A stretch of 64,000 nt of DNA from Lama glama (Eukaryota). Both the position numbers and the translations under genes were made by a program. Shown here in pieces: positions 1 through 9,668 of this stretch (its first letter is position 1; the number at the start of each line of letters is the position of its first letter). The stretch covers positions 101,744,001 to 101,808,000 of the forward strand of contig CM052817.1 in NCBI GenBank assembly GCA_028534125.1, in the 5' to 3' direction. Under the pieces are notes generated by a model. It saw only the letters and a program-made list of their open reading frames with translations. It ran no database searches and was not told the origin of the DNA.

Positions 1-489
1 TTGCTTCCTATTTCTGATTCCTAAATCCTTGGTTTACTGTTTCTTTTGTCTTTTATCTTCTCTTTCTTTCTTTCTTTTTTTTTCCTTTTCTAGGGTCTCT
101 AGTTCCCTGTTTCAAATGTTTGAAATGAGTAATGGCCTTGGTATGTGAACATCCCTCTTCTGGTCCATGGGTGCCCTGTAGGAAGAGGGCTTTCCCATGA
201 GTTTGTGGAATCAGATGAGAAGCAGAGTTGAGAGGGGAATAAAAGGGATCACCGAAATCCCGGAGCTCAGGGAGGCAGTGGGCTGTATTGACTTTTGGTG
301 CCAGAAGACCTTGAGGGGCTGTAGAGAGATCATGGCTGTGTGTTCAGGAAACTTTCAAATGAAATCAACAAAATGCCACCAGGTATAGGCTTCACACGAA
401 CACCACTAAAATTTTCAGACTGATGGGGACACTGCGTTGCTCTCCCATATTACCTGTCCTGATATTTCATGCAGCTTCTCACCTGTCAA

Positions 490-636
490 TATGCAATTAT
501 CATCGTGGTTATTTATGTTCTTTCACCCTCTCATGTAATCGCCAAAAGAACAAGGACTAACTTCTGTGTCCCCAGCACTTGGACAGGGCCAGGCACCTAG
601 CAGATGCCCAGTAAATGTTTGCTGAGTAGATGAGTG
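490..636 (+). mobile_element. L2 3' end fragment
   Basis: CCCAGCACTTGGACAGGGCCAGGCACCTAGCAGATGCCCAGTAAATGTTTGCTGAGTAGATGAG resembles the L2 terminal sequence. Confidence 0.6.
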
Positions 637-1339
637 CCACTCTGTTTCTACATCCCTCGTGGACTGAATAGAAGACAGGATTTGTTGCCTGAAAGGCCTT
701 GCTTTCAGCTCTGGCTCTGCCTCATATTAGCCACGCCACCTAACCCCTCTGAGCCTTACTTTACTCCTGTGTTTACTAGAGTTTCTCTGGAGGCTCCTAA
801 AACAAAACAATGAAGCGTCTGGATGGACATTTTATGGATGGATGCCCTTCTCCTCTCAATGCTGGTTATTTTCATCCTCCCCTTCCTATCCCCCGCTTCC
901 CCATGGCTACTCTTCAAATCATGGCTCTCTTGATCGGAAGGTTACAGTGTAAGTGGGGAAAGAATGAACATTTTTTACAACGGTGATTCCTTTTCATTAT
1001 AAAACTCTGCAGAAATGAGAAAGCACAACCGTCAGGCTCGTGAACCTTAGGTTTTTAGACTAGCGTTGCCCCAGAGCTGCCGCTGGATTGCTGAGAAGGG
1101 ACAAAAGCAGGAACGCCCTCTGCAGAGCCCTCAAATCTCCGCCTTCCTGCAGGCTCCGCAGGGGTAGGGTCTGTGTGAGATGTGAGGCACCAGGCAGAGC
1201 TGGCGGAGGGGGGAGACGCTTTCTGAATCACTTAGGAAACAGACACTTCAAACTGTGGGGAGGTGACAGCTCCCTTCCCAGTTCCTCCCACGGAGAAGAC
1301 AAGACAGAAGACGAGGAGTTGGTAAAACAGGATGTCAAG

Positions 1340-1366
1340 TTTATATACAAGAATATAATGTTTATC
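1340..1366 (-). terminator. Distal variant poly(A) signals (GATAAA 1366-1361, TATAAA 1345-1340)
   Basis: Variant hexamers with nearby UGUA motifs and a downstream CTTCTGTCTTGTCTTCT tract (minus strand, ~1310-1294). Confidence 0.55.
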
Positions 1367-1535
1367 TGAAATATTTACAGTGTTGGTTAAAGCAATATTT
1401 GTACAACTTTTTCAGGTCAACTACTATATATATTACAGGGAAGCTACACTGGTTTAATTTGCAAAATTAAGGAAAAAGTGTTTTAAACAAAGCTTAAAGT
1501 ACTCAGGTCAATGATAACATTTGTCTGTGTCGCTC

Positions 1536-1541
1536 TTTATT
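1536..1541 (-). terminator. Middle AATAAA poly(A) signal candidate
   Basis: Plus-strand tttatt within the 3' UTR. Confidence 0.5.
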
Positions 1542-1932
1542 TGAAGAACTCATGCTACGGTGGTTAATGTGGTTTTTATAAATGGAAATACTCTACCTGG
1601 AATAGCGATATGTACTGCAGTTGTCAGTTCCCGACAGGGATGTAAAATGCCAAGTGAGCTGTTACAAGACGTAGGCGCTGAGTATCAGGCTGAAGCCGAG
1701 AGAGATGTTGAGATAACAGCCAGCTTTATCTCAACCGGGTTTTGGACCCACGACAGTTGGAGCCACAGAGCAAAGCGGAGCTCTCTGCACGTTCCGGCAG
1801 CCTCCTTGGAAAGTGAAAATCGGCTGACCCCACCCAAACCAACCAACAAAGTCAAACCCAAGGCCCAGCTGCACCTAGGCGAAGCTAGTTTTGACATGAG
1901 CTATTTTAAAACATCGTAGAAATAGCCGTGAT

Positions 1933-1938
1933 TTTATT
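1933..1938 (-). terminator. Proximal AATAAA poly(A) signal candidate
   Basis: Plus-strand tttatt, ~240 nt after the stop codon. Confidence 0.55.
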
Positions 1939-2176
1939 AGTTGGAATATTTCTACATGATTTGGGTGGGTTTTTTTCCTTTATGTGAAAACAGCTCTCCA
2001 TTGCTGACGCCTCTGAGGGCCTTACAACTCAGGACATGCCGGGGGTGCAAACGTGCAAAGGGCAGGGGGGCAGCTCCAGGCTGGGGCCCGAGCTGCAGGG
2101 ACTGTGCCTGGGAGACGGGCGCTGAGGTCCCGGAGGAGACGGGGTAGGGCGGGCGGAGCCGGGCTGCGCGGGGGGC

Positions 2177-2481
2177 CTAGCACTGCAGCTTGCGGATGCT
2201 GCGGGAGATGCGCTTGAACTCTCTCTGCCCCTTCTGCCACCGCTTCACCGAGGTGATGACCAGCTCCCCGCCCAGTTTCTGTCCCATGACCAGATAGGGC
2301 GCGTTGATGTCGTTCATCTCCTCGCAGGTGCACTGCAAGCTGTCCTTGAGCCACAGCACCGATTTCTTCAGGTCCCTTTCGGACACACCATTCAGCTTGT
2401 AGATGGTCTTGCTCTTGGTCTCCAGGATGATTTTGGTGTCTCTGTTGATGTAGGTGATCTCCTTCACTTTTATTTTCAGTG
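2177..2481 (-). CDS. SFRP2: SFRP2 coding exon 3: NTR domain and stop codon
   Basis: Acceptor TCTTCATAG|CA; encodes (A)LKIKVKEITYINRDTKIILETKSKTIYKLNGVSERDLKKSVLWLKDSLQCTCEEMNDINAPYLVMGQKLGGELVITSVKRWQKGQREFKRISRSIRKLQC, TAG at 2179-2177; 305 nt. 499+81+305=885 nt. Confidence 0.99.
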
Positions 2482-3369
2482 CTATGAAGACAAGAGGGGA
2501 CAGAATTACAGTTATAATGAGGGAACACATCCCGCTGCATGTTTGTGGGACTCGGCTTGGGGCAGGGAAAAGAGCCCCCCCCCCCCCCGGCCCTGGGCTA
2601 ATGAGACTGTCAGGGGCTGCAGATAGGGGGTTGGGAGCCCAGGGCAGCAGGTGGCTCCAGTTCTAAAGCCTCAAAGGCTCTGCCAGGCACTTTGTTTCAA
2701 ACCCGCCATCTTTTAAAGATTTTGCGGGACTCAGCTGACTCTTTTTCCCCCCTCGCCCTTGTGTTCCTGTGTTTGTACGTAGGCTGCATGTGGTTTGTGC
2801 TCTCCTCCACAAACGACTTCCCCTGTTGGAAACTTCAGCATGAAAAAGAAATGCCTGACTCTTAGATGAAACACGATCCTTCTGTGGCTGTAAACTTTAA
2901 ACTCAATTTATATTGTCGGAGAGGTTTTTGGACAAACCTGTAAGAGAATTATATCACACAATCATTGTTTTCTAAAGAACAGACTACAGGGACGGAGCAC
3001 TGATCTTACAGCTGCATTTGATTTGGTAAAGTAACTAGGAGGAAAAAATATCCAAGACTTTTTAAGAGCACAACATGTTTAGCTGTAAGTGTTTTTCTGA
3101 AGACCTCATCCTCAGATACTATCATTTGCCCGTCCAAGGCCAAGGCGTTTACAGCTCATATATGTCCTGTTTCCAAAAGGGGTATGTAGGCTCATTAGAA
3201 TGCTAAGACCAAAAGTAAGTGGTTTACTATAAAAGACACATTTTATGGTCATGAACAGTATGCTTTGGGAAAGAAAACCCTCCAAACATACATGCTGGAA
3301 TTAAATTTCAAGACTCCATGAAGGCAGGGAAAGGATCGAATTTTAAGGTTCGAAGGAATCATTCAATTA

Positions 3370-3500
3370 AAATCTCTTGTTGATATATGAAGCGTCTGAA
3401 ACCCAGAGAAGTTTAGTGACTCACAGGAGGTCACCAAGTTAGGTTGTGTCCTGGCTGAGTCTAGTTCTCAGAACTCTGCTCCTCAGATTTCCTCCACTAA
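3370..3500 (-). mobile_element. MIR fragment in intron 2
   Basis: TGAAACCCAGAGAAGTTTAGTGACTCACAGGAGGTCAC resembles the MIR core. Confidence 0.5.
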
Positions 3501-4814
3501 CTTCTGTGGTCTCTGAAGGCAGAGTATCAGATTTCTTGTCCTGGTTGGCGCATTAACACACGCAACTGTAATGTGTCCTAAGACCCTTGGTGACATTAAC
3601 AGTTGTTCCCTATAGATGCAATGCAGGTGTGACTTCCTGATGGATGGAGTTTAATGCATTGTTTAAATTAGTAACAGAGGAAGAGGGTTTTGTGCAGGTA
3701 TCACTGCTCTGGGGATTTCTTTTTTTTTTTTCTATTTCAGAAAGAGAATCTGACTAAGCATGGCTTTTCCAGTCCAGCAGGCAATGACTGATGCTCAACC
3801 AGGTAAATCAAGGATGCTGTGACTTGGCCAGCCATTATTTTATCTGATATGCATCTGAGCTGCAGTACCGAGTTCTCTGAGTTCATCATGAGATAAGTCC
3901 CATGGAAATATCACATGTTCCTACAGCCTCTGCCTAAGGGCTGGGAATGGGGAAGATATACGGTGGGAGAAGTGATTATAAGGCTACCTGGGAGGCTCGC
4001 CTATAGCCTGCGTGAAATTTCACCTGGTCAAATGAGGCATTCTTGAACTCCAGACATGAGAAAAATCACCCCTTTTAACCAGGGGGGAGGATTTCGGGAG
4101 AAGATGAGTGCATCTTCCCCTACCTATGGAATAACCAACTTTGTAAAAGCTTATTATGGGAAAACGTCAGACATTTCCTCCCTGGGTTTTCAGCTGGGAC
4201 CAAATAGGGAGAATCAAAGCGCCCAGATAGCTTCCTGCGCGGGAAGATGTGAACGCGGATGCAGGATGCGGCAGGAGGCGGAGGTGATGCTACTACCTGC
4301 TCCAACAGAAGGTTACCTACATGGGCTGGTAGTTTGGGCTATTCTTTCTTCGCCAGTACTTTTATCACTAGAATAAGGAGGTGTTCCACATCCTCCCTGT
4401 ACTTCAGAAGTGCACGGAGGAAGGGTGTCACGCTTTTGTGGGTGATTCAAGTTAAATGCATCAGATTTCTACTTTTGTTCCTACTACCTTTTTATGACTC
4501 CTCCAAAGTACAGAGGCGATGTGGGAAACCGCTTATAAATCCTATGTGATGCACCCCCTCCAATTTAGGTTTATTATCCCCTTTGGGACAAAATGAATGT
4601 GGAGAACTAGAACACAAAGCTTGTGAGGTATCTGCATGTGTGATACCTTAAATGTAACGACTTCTATGTCGTTTTGAAAGGCTTTCTCCTCTAAGGAGAG
4701 ACGGCATGAGGACACACACTCACACACTTTTTTTTTTTTTTTTTGGCCCAGGTCATGATATAGCATTCTTAGGAAGGAGATCTTCTGTAAGGAAAGCCAC
4801 AAAGCCAGTAGGTA

Positions 4815-4854
4815 GTGTATGTGTGTGAGTGTGTGTGTGTGTGTATGCGCGTGC
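4815..4854. repeat. Imperfect (TG)n microsatellite in intron 2
   Basis: Direct reading. Confidence 0.85.
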
Positions 4855-6429
4855 CCTAATTTCAACTGTTTTGGAGCCCCATGATATAACCAACTTTTTC
4901 ATGGAAGCCAGGAGAGAGATCTGTATTAAATCTACTGCAAAGACCGTAAGCTGCTTAAAGGAAATGATATTTTATATACATTTTACTAAAATTATATATA
5001 TTGTTTTACCCTCAATAAAATCTTGTAGCATGGAAGCTAAGCACTGGGTTTGGAAAGGCTCTGGAGATTTGGGATTGCTGCTGCCAATGTTTCTGGTCCT
5101 TCTCTACTTTGAGAGCTGTATGTTTTTGAATGTAGGCACATGAAACCCTATGATCCAGCTGTGGCTCTTGCTGAGGGGAAGGACTGGCTGGGACTTAGAG
5201 CTGCCTCCTTCCTTCTTCCCTTCCTCAGCAGAATGAAGCTTCCCCTACGGCAATGGCTACCCCAGACCAGCTAAGGTTAACCCAGGACACCTCCTGGCAG
5301 AGACCTGGGGTTGTAAGGATGGGAACGGGTTGTTCCCAGAGTTTTAGGGACCTGGCCAGGTCTGAGACCTCTGGGCTCGGAACCTGGAAGGCGAGTGGTT
5401 GCTCTCAGACTCTAGAACTTAGTCGAGAATGTGGAAATGCTCATATAGATTAGAGTCTGTTAGTGTTTGATAGAACAGGGACCATCTCTGTTCACCAATA
5501 AGGTCAACCTTCTGCCTGAATAAACACTTTTAAAGGGCACCAACCTCTCAAACACACCAAAAAGTGCCTACTCTTGGAATGGGATGGAAACAAGTGTGTT
5601 GCAGGAGTCTGGTGAAGTTCCTGACCACCCCAACTTGGAATTTAATGCTGATCCTGTGTCTAGCTGGCCCCTCCCCTCGGAGGCCTGAGGACGGCAGAAA
5701 AGGTGCTGCTAGAGCTCCGGGTGGACAGTCTCTAACCCTCTTTCTCTTATAGTACTGACTTATACTCCACAGAACTGGGTCACATATCACACACATTATT
5801 TACTGTCCCAAAGCACCATGGCATCACAGCACCTTTCACGTATCTTGCCAAAAGTAAATTGCTAGCTTTATTTTTTTCTTCTTTTTAAATGTAAGAACAC
5901 TCTCCCCGCCAAATTACTAACCAGTACCTTGGATATATACACTGATGGTAGAACACAGAGACACAAAGCCTCATGAGTTATGAATAAAGTGAAAAGATTT
6001 CTGTTTGGCACTGTAGTAAATTTTTATTTTTGGTCAACTTAATGCCTGGAATCTGTTTGTCTGGGGTTAATGTTTACATGTTTTCTTCCCTAGTACATAT
6101 GTTAAGTGACTTAAAGAGAACACGGTCCAGGATTATGCCTGTTGGCAAGAAAAAGCCAAAGTGAAATGAAGAAGGTGCCATTGAAAATTCATAATTTGAA
6201 CCATTCTCATTATCTGATCATTGCTGAACAGGAGCAATGAGTGTCACCTAAAAAGATTCAACTCAGTTAGGGAGGAAACCAGCAAGTTAGATGATTTTAG
6301 GAGAGATAAGCCGTGATGATATTTTTAGCCTTTATGTAGTCACATCTTAATGAATTGTACCGTTAGGTTGTGCTGCGAAATAAACCTTCTGAATGTGAGC
6401 TGTTTTGTTGGTGGTGGTGTGTTACTTAC

Positions 6430-6510
6430 CAAAATCATTTTTACAAAGAGTTTCCATTATGTCGTTGTCATCCTCGTTTTTATTTTTGCAGGCGTCGCAT
6501 ACCTTTGGAG
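6430..6510 (-). CDS. SFRP2: SFRP2 coding exon 2 (81 nt): linker and start of netrin-like (NTR) domain
   Basis: Too short for the ORF track; read by hand: acceptor TTTCTAG|CT, encodes (A)PKVCDACKNKNEDDNDIMETLCKNDF, donor G|GTAAGT. Preserves the frame between exons 1 and 3. Confidence 0.98.
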
Positions 6511-8885
6511 CTAGAAACGTGACAAATTAGTAAGTTTCCTTAAAGGGGAACAGCAGGTGGCGTTTGTAAACAACTCACAGGGGCTCATCCAGGCAAGAGC
6601 AGCAATTGTCCTTCCTGTAAGACCCCAGCTTCCGGCTCCTTTACAAAAGAAGGAACACCCATTCCTAAGAAAGTCTCCCATGTCTCCCATTTTTTGATGG
6701 GTAAAGCTGCTCACATGCTGTGCTTAATATATGATGAATCCCCAGGCAAAGGGCGCTGTATAGCTACAGGTAACTGGGCCAGGCTGCAGCTTTGAGCTCT
6801 TCCTCCCAGTCCGGGGACAAACTCAGTCTCTGCAAAAGTAGGTCCCAAAGCCTCTCTGAGGAGAAAGCTCTAAAAGACCCTTGAGGGATTTTGGAAAACG
6901 AGCAGCCACAAACTCCGGCCAAAGGATCGTCTTTCTCAGCTGCAGGCCACCAGGGCCGCCTGGCCTCTGCTGGGCTCTCAGCTGAGCTCTGTTTCTCGGG
7001 GGAGTCATTTCAAGATATTTTCAACTCGGGGACATGGAGAGGTGGCTGGCGTAAGGATCACATCTGGGCTCTTTCCACCTGGAAGCACACCTCGCTAACC
7101 ACTACAACCTGCTCTCACTGGTGCCATCACCTCGGCTTTCTGCCAAGTTTGTGCTTGAGTTAAGCGGCCTTTCTTTCATTGTTAGCTTCCTCCCTGCTGC
7201 TGGTTCTTCTTGCCTCTCTTTGCCTGTTTCAGACTCTCAGAAATAAACAAAACAACAACAAAACCCAAACAAACAGAAAACTCAAAGCTTTTCCTGAAGC
7301 CAACGAAAGTTAATTGTCTCTGGGGTCTAACCGAACCTAGGAATGTGAGCAATTATCAGAGAGCCTGCTAAAGGCTCTTTTAGAAGAGTCTGATTTCTTG
7401 GGAAAAAGGAAAAGCAGAAAATATTCATTTTCTCCCATTTATAATGTACTCAGGCTGTCTCTAACATTTAGGTGAAATTCGATTTTCCTTAATATGAAAT
7501 TGAATTTTCACAGGAAAACAAACTATGTGACTCATTATAGAAGTTATTTATCAAATTAGAGAAAGTGCAGAGCGGATTTTGAAGAACATGAACTTTTATT
7601 TTGAAGGGGAAACGGCTTTTTGGAGAAATATAGTGTATCATGCTTGGTGCTGATAGTGAAAAATAAAAACAAAAGCAACACACATAAAACTGCCCTCAAC
7701 TCCCCTCTCTCAAACAAAATGAAACTTTTCCAATTAGGAGCTCTAGGAATGTATATAAAATGTTACTAACCTGTATTGGTTGGTCTGTGGTATATGTTGG
7801 ACAAATGTTTGAAATATGCCAAACATTTGCAATAAATTAGAAATCTAGCCAATAAGATGATTGCATACTCGCGGTGCCTGCCAGGAAAGATTGCTGAGCA
7901 ACTATGCATTTTCTTTAACTAATGATGGCTGTAGGAAAACAATTAGAGATTGAAAGAGAGATGCTCCTGGAGCCCTGAAGGGGATTAGGAAGCCCCCTTT
8001 CCATTGGGTGAGGGGGGGATGTAAATCAGTTCAGACACAATGTATATGTTTTCCTTTCAGGAAGAATATCAAGAGCCCATGAGGTTTTCATTGCTTTGAT
8101 GGTTTTTGTGCAGGAACTCCCCCTCTGTTTTCTAAAAAACTTGGGAAACTCTCTTTTGCACGATTTTCTCCAGTTAATTAAAACCACTCCTACGATAAAA
8201 GCTGATCAGTGATAGAAAAGTGATTCCTGGAGATTCCCTTTGTGCCCTCTTTCTTGGGCACCTGAGCAGTTACATACAATCAAAGCTCAATTTTCAACAC
8301 GCATGAGCCAGTCTGGGTTTTTATTTTCAAAGCTGAAATCGGCAAAGAGCAGAATGCCTTAGAACACCATCTGAGCATTTTGGCTATCCTGCCTGTAGGG
8401 AATGTTCCTGTGCCTAGCATCCTGCCCAGTGGTAAGAACGTGCTGCCTGAGGCTCAGGCCAGGATGCTCTGGCCAGGGTGCTCACCGCCAACTCCTCCAC
8501 ACAGGACTCTTTCCAGCACTCTCCACTGTGGCCCCCATGCTAGCAGCTTTAAAAAATAATTGTACATGTATCTATAAGGGAAAGACCTCTTTTAGTTCTA
8601 CGTTTTTCTCTGCCCCTCCCTTTTAAAAACTGTCCCTAAGAAAGAGCAACGGGTATAACTCGGTAAGGGAATGAGAGACTTGGGTGTGTGTTGCAGAGGG
8701 GAGGAGGGTAATCTCAAATTTGTCACGATAACACACCAGGGCAAGGAGAGCGTCTGCCCCGCCCGGGACTAGCACCCCAGGCGGGAAAGCTTTGGGATGT
8801 GGGGCGGGCGGGGGCCGTGAGAACACCCCCGAGAAGCCTTAGCGGAGCTGGCCGGGGAGGGGCGAGGATATGGAGGAGGGCTTAC

Positions 8886-9384
8886 CTTCCTCGGTGGCCG
8901 GCAGGAGGTGATCGCTGCTAGCGAGGGGGATGCAGAGGTCGTTGTCCTGGGGGAAACGGTCGCACTCGAGCATGTCGGGCCAGGGGAAGCCGAAGGCGGA
9001 CATGACTGGAGCGCAGCGGTCCTTCACCTGCACGCAGAGCGAGTGGCACGGCTGGATGGTTTCGTCCAGGTCATCGAGGCAGACGGGGGCGAAGAGCGAG
9101 CACAGGAACTTCTTGGTGTCCGGGTGGCACTGCTTCATGACCAGCGGGATCCAGGCGCCCGCCTGCTCCAGCACCTCCTTCATGGTCTCGTGGCCCAGCA
9201 GGTTGGGCAGCCGCATGTTCTGGTACTCTATGCCGTGGCACAGCTGCAGGTTGGCCGGGATGGGCTTGCAGTTGCTGCGCTTGTACGAGAAGTCGGACTG
9301 GCCGAAGAAGAGCCCGCGCGCGGAGCCCAGGCAGCAGTGCGAGGCGAGGACCAGCAGCAGCAGCGAGCCGGGGCCCTGCGGCAT
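8886..9384 (-). CDS. SFRP2: SFRP2 coding exon 1: signal peptide + Frizzled-type cysteine-rich domain
   Basis: Translates MPQGPGSLLLLVLASHCCLGSARGLFFGQSDFSYKRSNCKPIPANLQLCHGIEY...DNDLCIPLASSDHLLPATEE, recognisable as SFRP2. ATG context CCCACGATG (A at -3). Ends at donor G|GTAAG (plus-strand cttac 8881-8885); 499 nt, phase 1. Confidence 0.99.
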
Positions 9385-9630
9385 CGTGGGCGCGCGACCC
9401 CCGGGGGGCGGAGGGAGCCGAGCCGGGGAAGCACGAGGCGGCCGGGGCCCGAGCTCGTCCCGGACCCGCTCGCTGCGCTGGAAAGCGGGCGGCGGGACGG
9501 CGGGAGCGCCGAGACGCCTGGCGCGGGGAGGACGACGCGGGCGAGGCGCTCTGCGCTAGACTCCGCGCTACAAGCCCGCGCGCAGCTCCGGGGGGCTCCG
9601 ACCCGGGGGAGCAGAGTGAGCCGCTGCTGG
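9385..9630 (-). other. SFRP2: SFRP2 5' UTR (TSS inferred ~9620-9630)
   Basis: GC-rich with no upstream ATG; lies ~30 nt downstream of CATAAAAAA. The GGCTCACTCTGCTCCCCCGGGTCGGAGCC segment resembles the human mRNA start as I recall it. Confidence 0.7.
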
Positions 9631-9653
9631 GGCCCAGCCAGAGTTTTCTTGGC

Positions 9654-9668
9654 CTTTTTTATGCAAAT
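9654..9668 (-). promoter_or_regulatory. Octamer ATTTGCAT fused to TATA-like CATAAAAAA
   Basis: Plus CTTTTTTATGCAAAT; the only long AT tract in the proximal island, ~30-40 nt upstream of the inferred TSS. Confidence 0.65.

Larger units (their letters stand above)
1320..2176 (-). other. SFRP2: SFRP2 3' UTR (longest inferred form, ~855 nt)
   Basis: Follows the stop codon, has an AT-rich distal half with poly(A)-signal hexamers. The end near 1320 is inferred from a TATAAA/GATAAA hexamer, a U/GU-rich downstream tract and recalled similarity to the human mRNA end. Confidence 0.75.

Noticed and set aside
2482..2540. Upstream starts of ORFs 2177-2530 and 2022-2540
   Set aside because: Intronic sequence before the exon 3 acceptor; the 172-aa ORF is an alternative frame of exon 3.
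8839..8885. ORF-track extension of exon 1 (GKPSSISSPLPGQLR)
   Set aside because: Read-through past the GTAAG donor into intron 1; no evidence for a CRD-only isoform from sequence alone.
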